Positions 9,265-19,464 of a stretch of 51,350 bases of DNA are shown here, piece by piece; position 1 is the first letter of the stretch; every line of letters begins with the position of its first letter. Source of the DNA: Pseudobdellovibrionaceae bacterium (GTDB lineage Bacteria; Bdellovibrionota; Bdellovibrionia; Bdellovibrionales; Bdellovibrionaceae); contig JBIKLL010000011.1 of assembly GCA_044359815.1 (NCBI GenBank), positions 1 through 51,350 of the forward strand. The letters run 5' to 3'. The notes beneath the pieces are model-generated. The model worked only from the letters and a program-made list of their open reading frames with translations. It did no database searches and was not told where the DNA came from. The position numbers and the translations under genes are program-made.

Positions 9265-10443
9265 TCAAAGCGGTGTGTAGCTGACTTTGACGATGGTTTG
9301 TCCGCTGGGGGCTTTAGAAAAAACGACTTTTTTGCCAACGACTGTAAATTTCACTGATTGGTCGGCGGGTTCCAGTTCGACTTCTACAGAGTCTGGCTTT
9401 GGGTATTCTGCCAGTTCGATTTCAGTCATCAATGATAAAAGCTTACCGCTGATTTTTGCAAGCTCAGGTCCAAAATCAGGAAGGCAAATCGAGTTTGCAA
9501 AGCCCTCTGTCAACATTGATAGCTCGGTCGCAGCTGTGCCGTAGGATGCGCTGACTCCGTCTGGAGTTTCTGCATTTTCCTGAGCCAAGCAGGCTGTGTC
9601 GTTGGGTAAAATCACAAACGAGCTGACTTGCAATCGTTTTTCCAATCCAAAATTAGCTTTGAATGAACTAACGACTTGCTCGGGTGTGACAGAACCATTG
9701 GGACGTGTGCTTTGTTCGTCTTCGTCGGATAAAATCACAACTGCCAGGTCAGCACCTTCGCGGAAAAATCCGGCATTAGCTGTGTTTTTTTGATTAAAGG
9801 CTGAAACAATGGCACCCAGGGCTTGTTCGTTGCCGTCACCACAAGGTGCGCATAACAAAGTTTCACGTCGGATGATGGTGTCCCTGAATATTGTTGCACC
9901 TGATGACATCGATGGTGTCAGAATTTTGCTGGAGGTTCCTCTGAGTGTCAGCAATTGACCGTTGGTCGAATAAACTCCGCCGCTTAAATCAGTTGTTGTG
10001 ATTCCGATTTGCCAGTCTTTGCCAGCCAGTGATGAAATAAAACTTGAAAACTTGGGACCTAGCTTGCCCTGATCGGCCTGCATGGATTCGCTGTTATCAA
10101 CTACGACTAGAATGTCCATCTTTTGATCGTTATAAAGTTTAAAAGTTTCTAGTTTCGAATTTATTGGAGGTGGCGGTGGTGGAGGAGGGGGCGGTGCCAA
10201 TGTCGTGGTTGGTGAAGGCACTGGAACTGGTATAGGTAAGGTCGTTGTAGTGACCGGAGTTGTCGTCGTTGTTGTAGTAACTGGGACTGTGGGTGCTTGA
10301 GTGGTTGTTGTCGGATTATCAGCAATCCCCGAGGCAGAATTGTCAGGAGCCGGAGGAATTGGCGCAAAAGTTTGCTTGTTGCAAGCGACTTGCGACAACA
10401 CAATGGCGATTGAAATAATAAAAACAAAGTGCTTAAAATTCAA
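9265..10443 (-). CDS. vWA-domain lipoprotein with Pro/Thr-rich linker
   Basis: Lipobox-like VAC, P/T-rich linker, MIDAS DILVVVDNSESM, LSDEDE. Confidence 0.8.
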   Translation of the reverse strand: MNFKHFVFIISIAIVLSQVACNKQTFAPIPPAPDNSASGIADNPTTTTQAPTVPVTTTTTTTPVTTTTLPIPVPVPSPTTTLAPPPPPPPPPPINSKLETFKLYNDQKMDILVVVDNSESMQADQGKLGPKFSSFISSLAGKDWQIGITTTDLSGGVYSTNGQLLTLRGTSSKILTPSMSSGATIFRDTIIRRETLLCAPCGDGNEQALGAIVSAFNQKNTANAGFFREGADLAVVILSDEDEQSTRPNGSVTPEQVVSSFKANFGLEKRLQVSSFVILPNDTACLAQENAETPDGVSASYGTAATELSMLTEGFANSICLPDFGPELAKISGKLLSLMTEIELAEYPKPDSVEVELEPADQSVKFTVVGKKVVFSKAPSGQTIVKVSYTPL

Positions 10444-10661
10444 AATGACTCCTGTAAATCAACCTTTTAGTACTTCAAAGGCTATGCCTGTCTTAAAATG
10501 AAATGCATCAGAAAATACCCAAGATTTTCGGACTTCTAGGGCAGGTCCAGGTTTTTAAAAACTGTCTAGAGCAAAAATTTGATTAAAATCCAGACGAATT
10601 TATTTAACTTCACCAGGACCAACAGCTTTAATCAGTCTGAATCCGTGCTACCATTGTTAAG

Positions 10662-11045
10662 ATGAATATAAAGATAAAACTTGGTTTTATATTACCAGTG
10701 AGTTTATGGTTTTTGATGGCGGGTTGCACGGCCCAACAAAAACCCACACCTTCGCTTGATAAATACAGTAGTGAAACTCAGATGATGACAAACATTTGTC
10801 AAAAATTTGCGACAGAACCTGACGCGCAAAAACTCCATAAAGCCGCGGTGGCCACGCAGAGTTCCAGAGTCATTGCCTGTGCCGATTACAATGGTGAATG
10901 TGAGTTATACGGAAAATGTTTGGCCCTGGTTATCAGTGCATCAGCTGATGGCAATGTCAGTGGCGAAGAACAAAGTAAGATCAATCAAACACTATCCGAG
11001 CTGAGAAAATCCATCAAAGAAGGCTTGAAGCAGCTTCGCAAATAA
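10662..11045 (+). CDS. Hypothetical lipoprotein
   Basis: Lipobox MAGC, 127 aa, four further Cys. Confidence 0.6.
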   Translation: MNIKIKLGFILPVSLWFLMAGCTAQQKPTPSLDKYSSETQMMTNICQKFATEPDAQKLHKAAVATQSSRVIACADYNGECELYGKCLALVISASADGNVSGEEQSKINQTLSELRKSIKEGLKQLRK

Positions 11046-11078
11046 TCTTTAGAGAATTAAAATTTTAAGGCCCCTGTT

Positions 11079-12281
11079 TTACTGAAACTCATCAGCAAAA
11101 TCAGCCTGAGCTTTTTTGGTCCACTTTTGACCAGCAAAATTTTGCAGTAGCTGTTTGTATCTGTGTTTAGCAGTCTTGTAAACGGCAGCCGAAAATTTGG
11201 CGCGATCTACCTTGGTAGCATCAACTTTTTTCTGATTAGCTAAAATGGCGTTTTTTAAAGCCTGTTGTTTGTCTGCTGGCAACATAAACCACATCGGCGT
11301 TGAACCTTTGGGTCTGGCCAGTTCAAACTTCATCCAATCCCTCAGTTTCCATTCGGGGATTTCGTCATCATCGGCAATGGCTTTTGCAAACAGTAAATGG
11401 GCTTTGATATCATGATACATGGCTTTCGGGAACGAGGGCACATCAGCGCCGTATCCCTGAATCACGTTTTTTAATCTTAAGATGGCTGCGTAGTATTTTT
11501 CGCCATTAATGTATTCATCAGCGACTTCGATTTCATACAAACAAATTCTGTTTCGAACTTTAAGCGCAAAATAATCTAAAATTTCTTTGTATTTCGTATT
11601 TGGGAAAGCTTTCAGAAAGCTCTTAAAGCTCAGATAAGACTCCGAAGTCGGGCTAAAATTATCGCCATTGTCACGACCAGGGGGCGGTGTTTCCACACCT
11701 AAAAAGTATTTTGCAAATTTTCGGGATCTGTCAGTGGCTTCGGGTCTGACTATTTTAACTGTTGCCACCAGGACTAAGAAAGAAACGTTTTCTTCGTTCA
11801 CTGAATTTTTGTTTTCATTTAAAAATCGACTGCCTTCATTGATGGCTTCAATCAAATCACCGGCGCGGATCAGTGACACTATCATTCGTATCCATGCTTG
11901 CTGCCAATGGGGCTTCACGGGATATTGCCTCATTATTTCCTTATATATGACTGCGGCTCCGCAAAAATCTTGGCTGGCGATCATGGCCTCAGCCCTTTGG
12001 TACAATGAACTGACAGAGTCTGAATCTATTTCTTCTGTTAAGTCCTCACAGTTTTTCAGATCACTGGGGTTAGCAAACATAAACCGGTTTCTGTCTTGTA
12101 ATAGTTTGCCGATAAAATCTCTTGGGATCTCAGATCCTCTTTTGATCCAGCCCAAGGTTCCAGGAATAGCGTTTTTTGATGATTGCATTCCACTGTTACT
12201 ATTATTAGATGCTGAAGCTTTATTTAAAAAGCTGGCGTCAACAGTCAAAAGTGAACAAATAATAAACAGCAAAATCTTCAT
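11079..12281 (-). CDS. BamD/YfiO-like TPR protein (divergent)
   Basis: TPR helices with BamD-like segments YKEIMRQYP, FLKAFPNTKY, EIEVADEYINGEKYYAAILRL. Confidence 0.6.
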   Translation of the reverse strand: MKILLFIICSLLTVDASFLNKASASNNSNSGMQSSKNAIPGTLGWIKRGSEIPRDFIGKLLQDRNRFMFANPSDLKNCEDLTEEIDSDSVSSLYQRAEAMIASQDFCGAAVIYKEIMRQYPVKPHWQQAWIRMIVSLIRAGDLIEAINEGSRFLNENKNSVNEENVSFLVLVATVKIVRPEATDRSRKFAKYFLGVETPPPGRDNGDNFSPTSESYLSFKSFLKAFPNTKYKEILDYFALKVRNRICLYEIEVADEYINGEKYYAAILRLKNVIQGYGADVPSFPKAMYHDIKAHLLFAKAIADDDEIPEWKLRDWMKFELARPKGSTPMWFMLPADKQQALKNAILANQKKVDATKVDRAKFSAAVYKTAKHRYKQLLQNFAGQKWTKKAQADFADEFQ

Positions 12282-12559
12282 CGGTTACCCCTTTAAAGTT
12301 TTAAAAATATAACTTAAGAACCGGAATTTAGGGTGACGATTGAAAAAATGCTCCCGTGACGATTTCTGCACGGGGGGTGACGTTTTTTGAAGCCATTAAA
12401 AACACAGGTTTTCAGAGGGGAAATCATCCACTCTGAAATTTGTAACTGCAAAAATATTCTACACTAAGAATTCGTTAAAAATTTTTGGATTGAATCAACC
12501 GGTGATATAACTGGTTCACTTTTGAAACCAAATTGTCTGAAAAAATAAGGAGGACAAGC

Positions 12560-13564
12560 GTGAAAACAAAACTACTAAAAGCTATCCTAGTTTTAGGTTT
12601 AGCTAGCAGTTCAGCTAATGCAGGAATTCTGGATGGGCTAGAAGGCGAAGCTAAAGTTAAAGCCACTATGGATGACAGCGGTGACGTGGGTCTGAAAGCA
12701 GAAGCCACAGTCCGCATGACATATATGATGGATATTTTTAAGTTCTTGATCGAAGCACGTTTAATGACTGATCTGGAAGGATCAGGAGTTAATAAATTGA
12801 CCTTGGGTAAAATCATTACTCAAGCCAACGTACAAATGACTAAATCAGTTTACGGAACCAGAGTGACCTTGATCCTGGGTAAACAGAGAATGGCATTTGG
12901 TCAGGATTTACAAAGAATCAGTGCCTACATCAATAAACGTGAAGGTCTGACTTATGATTTAAACAACGAAGACGAAGTAGTTGGTTTAACTTTTGTACTG
13001 CCTGATGGTGTTTTTGGATTGGTTGACCAATTGGCCGGTTCAATTTACGAAACAGGTAAAGGTGACCTTTCAGTTGATGGAAAACTAGGTTTTTCATTAA
13101 AAGCTACGAAAGCTTTAAATAATGGGTTGATCATCGAAGCATCTGCTTTAGTGAAAAATTCAAAAGCCTCCAGCAAGACTGAAGCTCGTCAAAGCTTAGG
13201 TGTGGTTTATAAAATCAACAACACTTACAAAGTTTTTGCTAACGGATTCTTGATCCAGAATAACCCCAGATTTCCGGCGGCTAGCTGGGGATTGGTTGCG
13301 GGTGTGAGCACTAAATTTGGTCCCGGTGTGATCGCTGTTGAAGGCGAGCTGATCGGTGGAACCGCACAGAGTTTAGTTGCCAGTTATAATCTGCCCGTGG
13401 ATTCATGGATTCAAGATTTGATCATTGCTCCTGAAATCCGTTTGACTCATTACGAAGTGGGTTCAACCGTGCTTGAAGGTGGCGTGACTGCGTATTACCC
13501 ATTCGGTGAAAAAAATCCTGAGCGTTTAGACTCTGGATACCGTTTTGGTAACAGCAAAAGATAA
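12560..13564 (+). CDS. Probable outer-membrane beta-barrel protein
   Basis: AAGGAGG RBS before GTG 12560, signal peptide ending ANA, amphipathic beta-strands, porin-like LGKQRMAFG. Confidence 0.65.
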   Translation: MKTKLLKAILVLGLASSSANAGILDGLEGEAKVKATMDDSGDVGLKAEATVRMTYMMDIFKFLIEARLMTDLEGSGVNKLTLGKIITQANVQMTKSVYGTRVTLILGKQRMAFGQDLQRISAYINKREGLTYDLNNEDEVVGLTFVLPDGVFGLVDQLAGSIYETGKGDLSVDGKLGFSLKATKALNNGLIIEASALVKNSKASSKTEARQSLGVVYKINNTYKVFANGFLIQNNPRFPAASWGLVAGVSTKFGPGVIAVEGELIGGTAQSLVASYNLPVDSWIQDLIIAPEIRLTHYEVGSTVLEGGVTAYYPFGEKNPERLDSGYRFGNSKR

Positions 13565-13586
13565 TTTTTAATTTCAAATAATCTTT

Positions 13587-13617
13587 AAAAAGCCCTCCGC
13601 AAGAGGGCTTTTTTTTT
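13587..13617. terminator. Rho-independent (likely bidirectional) terminator
   Basis: AAAAAGCCCTC-CGCAA-GAGGGCTTTTTTTTT between convergent genes. Confidence 0.85.
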
Positions 13618-13640
13618 GCCTAAATGTCTCTTCTGGGATT

Positions 13641-14258
13641 TTAAATTCCGCGGGCCAGGTCCTTAAGGCGCTCATCCAAGGCTTTGACCATTGGTTGAAC
13701 CTGGTTTTTTAAAAACTTCATCATGGTTCGTTGCTTGATGCCTGTGTCATACTTGGGACCGTGCTCAGCCCAGCCCTCAAAGGTCAGATATCCCCCGTTG
13801 TTGTTCGGGTGATTGATATAGCAGGTGGGGATTAGAATCCGACTGTAGATTTCACGCACATTGTCTCCAGATCTGGCCAGATCCATTTCCATCATCCAAT
13901 TGCGGTCGCATTTTCCGCTGACAGGTCTCATGGTTATTTCGGCATCAATAAAAGCTGACTCGCATATAAAAGCCACACATTTTCTGATCCCAATGGTCAG
14001 GATGGGGCGGTTTTGGGTGCCCGAGATTTTCATGGGGGCTATGACCTTAGTGTCGTTTGCAATCGCAAATTGAAATTTACGAAACAAGGCTTGCAAGTCC
14101 TCGGTAGCTTTTTGTGAAAGGCTTTCCGAATTTTTGAAATTGACGGTCAATTGAGCCCTTTCCAGAAAATCCATTCCATTATCGAACATGGCTAGAGCTT
14201 GCAAATTAGTCAGCAAAGAGCTGATAAAAACAAATGATGAAACTATAATGATTTTCAT
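13641..14258 (-). CDS. Hypothetical secreted protein
   Basis: Signal peptide ending ALA, GAGG RBS, 205 aa. Confidence 0.65.
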   Translation of the reverse strand: MKIIIVSSFVFISSLLTNLQALAMFDNGMDFLERAQLTVNFKNSESLSQKATEDLQALFRKFQFAIANDTKVIAPMKISGTQNRPILTIGIRKCVAFICESAFIDAEITMRPVSGKCDRNWMMEMDLARSGDNVREIYSRILIPTCYINHPNNNGGYLTFEGWAEHGPKYDTGIKQRTMMKFLKNQVQPMVKALDERLKDLARGI

Positions 14259-14564
14259 AATATACCTCTTCCGTTAAGGTTTTAAATTGACCCTTTAAAT
14301 CCATTTATTAAGGGTGAACTGCGATGCTATTAACCACAGGGGCAGCCGTCAATTCAGTTCCATAAGTTCGGCCCAGATTTTTGGAAACAGCGAATTATTC
14401 TGGGGTCAGTTCTGTGCCCGACAGAAATTTTGTAGTTTTTCAGGTAAATTGCCTTGTCATAATCTGTATTTATCGATAAGCATCAGAGCTCATTTTATGG
14501 CTGACAGACGAGCAAAAACAAGAGCCCCCACTTACGGGAGCCGCCCTGTCGGAGGAAGGCAAAT

Positions 14565-14759
14565 ATGTATAAGATGAAAACCCATTCGGGTGCAAAAAAG
14601 CGGTTCCAGCTTTTAAAAAGTGGAAAAGTAAAACGCAAACAAACAAGACTGAGGCATTTAAACTCTCATATGAGCTCAAAGGTGAAACGCCATTTGGGTG
14701 ATATGATCTATGTTGACGATGCTAACTATCTACAAATCAGACGCTGTTTAGTGTTTTAG
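14565..14759 (+). CDS. rpmI: 50S ribosomal protein L35
   Basis: KMKTHSGAKKRF signature, GGAGG RBS, directly upstream of rplT. Confidence 0.95.
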   Translation: MYKMKTHSGAKKRFQLLKSGKVKRKQTRLRHLNSHMSSKVKRHLGDMIYVDDANYLQIRRCLVF

Positions 14760-14768
14760 GAGATTATC

Positions 14769-15113
14769 ATGAGAGTAAAAGGTGGATTTACAAACCGAAG
14801 AAGACATAAAAAAGTATTAAAAAGAGCCAAGGGTTCATACAGTGCAAATTCGCGCTGCTACACCCATGCTGTCGAAAAAAACGATAGAGCTCTAGCTTAC
14901 GCATACAAACACAGAAAGATGAAAAAGCGGGACTTCAGAGCGCTTTGGAATCAAAGAATCAATGCTGCTGCACGAATCAACGGAACGACTTATTCTCGTT
15001 TAATCGGTGGTTTGGCAAAAGCTGGCATCGAAATCAACCGTAAGATGTTGGCTGATCTGGCAATTCAGGATTCAGCTGGTTTTGCGGCCCTTTGTAAGCA
15101 CGCAATAGCTTAA
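14769..15113 (+). CDS. rplT: 50S ribosomal protein L20
   Basis: MRVKGG...RRRHKKVLKRAKG, KRDFRALW..RINAAAR, INRKMLADLA. Confidence 0.97.
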   Translation: MRVKGGFTNRRRHKKVLKRAKGSYSANSRCYTHAVEKNDRALAYAYKHRKMKKRDFRALWNQRINAAARINGTTYSRLIGGLAKAGIEINRKMLADLAIQDSAGFAALCKHAIA

Positions 15114-15123
15114 GCGAAATTTT

Positions 15124-16176
15124 ATGACTCCAGAAATTGAGTCTTCAAAAATATTTGAGCAAAGAAAGCGGGATCACATCAAAGTTTCGATGGATCCTCA
15201 AAGCCAAGCCGTGGGTGGAGCTGGATTAGAATCAATCGAATTGATTCACGAAGCCCTGCCGCAGTTTGATTTAAAAGACGTTGATCAAACAACACTGTTG
15301 TTTGGAAAGGTCTTTGCAGTTCCGCTGTTTGTTTCATCAATGACCTCGGGTCACGAGCAATCCTTATCAATCAATTTAAAGCTGGCCAGTGCAGCTCAAA
15401 AAAGAAATTGGCTGATGGGTGTTGGGTCACAGCGCCGAGAGCTTTTTGATTCTGAAGCCCTCAAAGAATGGTCTCATATCAGAAAAATCGTAGGCGATGT
15501 TCAGCTAATGGCAAATATTGGTATGACTCAGCTTAAGCAAAACGATTTTGATAAAGTTTTATTCATAATAGAAAACATGGGTGCCGTGGGGATTTTTATT
15601 CACACAAATCCATTGCAAGAAGCCCTTCAAAACGAAGGGACGCCTAATTTTTCGGGCTCATTAAAAACCCTAGAAGAATTTATTAAAATTTGCCCAGTGC
15701 CTGTAGTTTTAAAAGAAGTCGGTTGTGGGTTTTCAGAAAAAACTCTGCGACATCTGGATAATTTAGGTTTAGCTGCCATTGATGTGGCCGGTAGGGGTGG
15801 AACCCATTGGGGTAAAATCGAAACCTTCAGGCATTCTGAAGGCAGTTTGATGAACCAGGTTGGTCAGTCTTTTTCTGATTGGGGTATTACGACAGTTCAA
15901 TCAGTGATTAATGCTAAAAAAGGTTTAAAGCACACGCCTTATTGGGCATCAGGTGGAGTTCGAACTGGGGTTGACGCTGCTAAATTGATCGCCATGGGTG
16001 CGACAATGGTTGGCATTGCTCAGCCCTTAATGAAATCAGCTCTAGATACATCTGAAGCCTTGGATACTGCGATGTTAAAGTTGGAAACAGAACTAAAAAT
16101 TTCGATGTTTTGTACCGGGCAAAAGAAAGTTTCGGCTCTTCGAAAGAATGAGGTTTGGACTTGGAAACAACTCTAG
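15124..16176 (+). CDS. fni: Type 2 isopentenyl-diphosphate delta-isomerase
   Basis: RKRDHI, SSMTSG, GVGSQR, NPLQE, LKEVGCG, GRGGTHW, ASGGVR. Confidence 0.93.
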   Translation: MTPEIESSKIFEQRKRDHIKVSMDPQSQAVGGAGLESIELIHEALPQFDLKDVDQTTLLFGKVFAVPLFVSSMTSGHEQSLSINLKLASAAQKRNWLMGVGSQRRELFDSEALKEWSHIRKIVGDVQLMANIGMTQLKQNDFDKVLFIIENMGAVGIFIHTNPLQEALQNEGTPNFSGSLKTLEEFIKICPVPVVLKEVGCGFSEKTLRHLDNLGLAAIDVAGRGGTHWGKIETFRHSEGSLMNQVGQSFSDWGITTVQSVINAKKGLKHTPYWASGGVRTGVDAAKLIAMGATMVGIAQPLMKSALDTSEALDTAMLKLETELKISMFCTGQKKVSALRKNEVWTWKQL

Positions 16177-17570
16177 GACCAAACAGGGAATCTGTGATCA
16201 CAGATGTTTCTGAAAATGAAAACTTAGCACAAAAATCTGCAACGGGTTTTGATTTGTTTTCAGGTTCTAAAGCTCAAACTCCTGATCTGAGCTCAATGTA
16301 TCAGGGGTTTTCAAAACTGGATTTGCAATCAAGGCTGCAGTCTCTGTTGTTTTACGGAATCATTGATAAGTCAGACATTGATTTTCTGGAGCGAGGCGGA
16401 TTGCAAGATGCCTCATTGGGCGAAAAATTTATTGAAAACGTCATTGGGTATTTTCAGCTGCCATTAGGGGTTGCGACCAATTTTAAAATCGATGGAACTG
16501 ATATGGTTATTCCAATGTCTGTCGAAGAAACCTCAATCGTCGCAGCTGCCAGCAAAACTGCGAAATGGATACGTGAAAATGGCGAAATCACTACCAAGAT
16601 TTTAGGCCATGAGATTATTGGCCAAATTCAAATAGCCAAAGTTAAAAATCTGAACAGACTTCGTGAAACAATTTTAAGTAAAAAATCTGAAATGATTGAA
16701 CTGGCAAACAAAGAAGTTGCCTTTGGCATGGTACGCAGGGGTGGCGGAGTCCGGGACATAGAGTTTCGCAGTATAGATCGATCAGCAGATGAATGCATGG
16801 CAGTCATTCATGTTCTGATGGATCCCGTAGATGCCATGGGCGCAAACATCATCAATCAAGTTTGTGAATTTTTAAAAGGTCCAATCGAGTCTTGGACAGA
16901 TGAAAAAGTCACCATGTGTATTTTGTCAAATCTGGTGGATACCAAACTGACAGAAGCCACAGTGACATTAAAAACAGTGGATGAAGAACTGGCTGAAAAA
17001 ATTGAAGAAGCTTCGCTGTTTGCTCAGCTGGATCCTTACCGTGCAGCTACAAACAACAAGGGCGTGCTTAATGGCATTGACCCTATATTGATTGCCACCG
17101 GAAACGACTGGCGTGCGGTAGAAGCTGGCGTTCATGCCTATTCGTGCCGTGATGGTCAGTACAGGTCCATCACTCAATGGAAACGTGACGGGCGATTTTT
17201 AATCGGTACGCTGAAGGCTCCGATAATTGTAGGAACAGTTGGTGGTGTGACATCACTGCATCCCCAAGCATTAATGTGTCTGAGGATGATGAAGGTACAA
17301 TCAGCGGATCAATTATCGCGAATTTGTTCCGCTGTTGGGTTAGTGCAAAATTTAGGGGCTTTAAGGGCATTAACAACTGTTGGTATCATTGAAGGGCATA
17401 TGAAACTGCATATCAGAAATCTGACCCTGGGTGCTGGTGCCGAGGATAAAGAAGTCCCCTTTGTTGTAAAAAAGCTTGAAGAAATTTTGTCTTTGAAAAA
17501 ACGCATTTCTTTAAGTCATGCCATTGAGGTTTTAAAAGAACTTCGGGATCAAAATAAAAAAATCCAGTGA
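16155..17570 (+). CDS. mvaA: Class II hydroxymethylglutaryl-CoA reductase
   Basis: ENVIG, EETSIVAA, DAMGANIIN, RAATNNKG, GNDWRAVEAG, GHMKLH. True start may be somewhat downstream. Confidence 0.93.
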   Translation: MDLETTLGPNRESVITDVSENENLAQKSATGFDLFSGSKAQTPDLSSMYQGFSKLDLQSRLQSLLFYGIIDKSDIDFLERGGLQDASLGEKFIENVIGYFQLPLGVATNFKIDGTDMVIPMSVEETSIVAAASKTAKWIRENGEITTKILGHEIIGQIQIAKVKNLNRLRETILSKKSEMIELANKEVAFGMVRRGGGVRDIEFRSIDRSADECMAVIHVLMDPVDAMGANIINQVCEFLKGPIESWTDEKVTMCILSNLVDTKLTEATVTLKTVDEELAEKIEEASLFAQLDPYRAATNNKGVLNGIDPILIATGNDWRAVEAGVHAYSCRDGQYRSITQWKRDGRFLIGTLKAPIIVGTVGGVTSLHPQALMCLRMMKVQSADQLSRICSAVGLVQNLGALRALTTVGIIEGHMKLHIRNLTLGAGAEDKEVPFVVKKLEEILSLKKRISLSHAIEVLKELRDQNKKIQ

Positions 17571-18481
17571 AACTAAATATCAGTTTACCCAGTAAAACGT
17601 TTTTTGTTGGAGAATACCTGGCGCTCAAGGGCGGTCCTGTGCTGACTGTCAACACCAGGCCCAGATTTCAGATGAAAATCGGCGGGACAGATCAAAAAAA
17701 CAAAATCCACCCTGAAAGCCCTGCTGGAAAATTGCTGGAAGCTCATTCAGAGTTTTTTAAAAACATAAATATTGAATTTTTGGATCCTCATTTAGGCAAA
17801 GGGGGATTTGGTGCCTCCAGCGCGCAGTTTGCGATGCTGTATGCACTTAGGCACATCGACACCCATTTTAGATTTGATGTGCAGAGATTTTATGATTGGA
17901 AAATGCTGTTAAGCGATTACCAAAATCTAAGCTTGAAAACCAGATACCTACCCAGTGGAGCTGATCTGATTGGTCAGGTCTGTGGTGGGATAACATTTTT
18001 CAACAGATCAGAAGGTAAGCTGCAAAATTTCGCATGGCCATTTTCTGACATTGGATTTTATATTTTAAGAACGGGATTTAAAGTAGCTACCCACGAGCAT
18101 CTGTCTGAATTATCCGAATTTGAAACGGCAAATTTTGATCAGGCCAGCCGGCGAGTCTTAATGGGATTTTCTCAGATCCGATCACAAGATGTTGTTGACG
18201 GTGTGAATCAGTATCAAAATGAACTGCAAAAACAAAATAAAACATTCGATGGGACTTTAAAAAAATTGGAAATCTTGCGAAAAGCTAAGGGTGTATTGGC
18301 AGCCAAAGGTTGCGGAGCCTTGGGGGCTGATGCCTTGTTAGTGGTTGCTGAAAAAAATTCTGACTTGCAAGCAGTCTTTCAAAATCAGGATTTGCAGTTA
18401 ATCGCTACAGAAAACGAAATCAGCAAGGGTATTAAGATTCAAACTGAAGAACAAAAAACCCTGTTTGAAAGGACCATATGA
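17567..18481 (+). CDS. GHMP kinase, probable phosphomevalonate kinase
   Basis: SKTFFVGEY, GFGASSA, SGADL, KGCGALGAD, and position in the mevalonate cluster. Confidence 0.75.
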   Translation: MKLNISLPSKTFFVGEYLALKGGPVLTVNTRPRFQMKIGGTDQKNKIHPESPAGKLLEAHSEFFKNINIEFLDPHLGKGGFGASSAQFAMLYALRHIDTHFRFDVQRFYDWKMLLSDYQNLSLKTRYLPSGADLIGQVCGGITFFNRSEGKLQNFAWPFSDIGFYILRTGFKVATHEHLSELSEFETANFDQASRRVLMGFSQIRSQDVVDGVNQYQNELQKQNKTFDGTLKKLEILRKAKGVLAAKGCGALGADALLVVAEKNSDLQAVFQNQDLQLIATENEISKGIKIQTEEQKTLFERTI

Positions 18482-19464
18482 GCACAAAAATTTCAACCCT
18501 GGTGGCCCAGCCATCCAATATTGCGTTGATAAAGTATATGGGTAAAGAAAACGTTGAAAACAATGTGCCAGCAAATGCTTCGTTGTCATTCACTCTGCCG
18601 CATTTGAAAAGTTTTGTCAGAGTGACTGTGCAACCCGGAACCAAAACTGATTTATGGAAACCATTAACTGATGAGCCTGGTGCCAATGCTCCGGTTGAGT
18701 TGTCTGAAAAAGCAAAAACACGGTTTTTAAAACATCTGGCCTTTTTAAAGCAAACTTTTGGTGTGGAGCAGGGGCTGTTGGTGGAATCCGCTAATAATTT
18801 TCCATCAGATTGTGGGATAGCCAGCTCGGCATCCAGCTTTGCGGCTCTGACAAAAGCAGCTATTGAAACCTTTCAAGCCTTGGGTGTGAAGCAAGCTTAT
18901 TGTTCAGAGGGCGATATGGCCGCACTGTCTGCTAAAGGATCAGGATCCAGTTGCAGAAGTTTTTTTGGACCATGGGTATTGTGGTCAGGAAACACTGTAA
19001 GACCCATCGAGTTTCCCTATGAAAATTTATATCACCAGGTCATCGTCGTTGATGGTGCAAAAAAATCGGTATCTTCCAGCGAAGCCCATAAACGAGTGAT
19101 GACTTCTGCTTTATACAATCACAGACCCAATCGGGCTCAAGACAGATTGGCTCATTTGCTGGAAGCTTTAAGACATCAGGATTGGCAGAAATGCTATCAA
19201 ATCTGTTGGGAAGAGTTTTGGGATATGCACAGTCTTTTTGAAACCAGCAATCCATCCTTTGGATATTTTGGTGAAAAAACTGTGGCCCTGTTAAACGAGC
19301 TCAGAAACCAATGGGATCAAACCAAAGATGGTCCCATTGTCACTACCGATGCGGGTCCCAATGTGCATTTGCTCTGGAGGCCTGATCAAATTTCTGCTGC
19401 CAAAGCTGCGGTAAAAAAGTTTGAACAATTTGGTCGTGTGATCGGATCGGATTCAGTGCTTTGA
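18478..19464 (+). CDS. mvaD: Diphosphomevalonate decarboxylase
   Basis: SNIALIKYMGK, NNFPSDCGIASSAS, GSGSSCRS, DAGPNVH. Confidence 0.93.
   Translation: MSTKISTLVAQPSNIALIKYMGKENVENNVPANASLSFTLPHLKSFVRVTVQPGTKTDLWKPLTDEPGANAPVELSEKAKTRFLKHLAFLKQTFGVEQGLLVESANNFPSDCGIASSASSFAALTKAAIETFQALGVKQAYCSEGDMAALSAKGSGSSCRSFFGPWVLWSGNTVRPIEFPYENLYHQVIVVDGAKKSVSSSEAHKRVMTSALYNHRPNRAQDRLAHLLEALRHQDWQKCYQICWEEFWDMHSLFETSNPSFGYFGEKTVALLNELRNQWDQTKDGPIVTTDAGPNVHLLWRPDQISAAKAAVKKFEQFGRVIGSDSVL

Noticed and set aside
8802..9338. ORFs 8802-9092 and 9120-9338 sharing the peptide QKSQVSIFLKPLFL, and likewise 1793-2026/2181-2456 sharing LRCRQKKSYGLFC
   Set aside because: The shared peptides are just the two arms of the inverted repeats read on opposite strands, not real paralogues.
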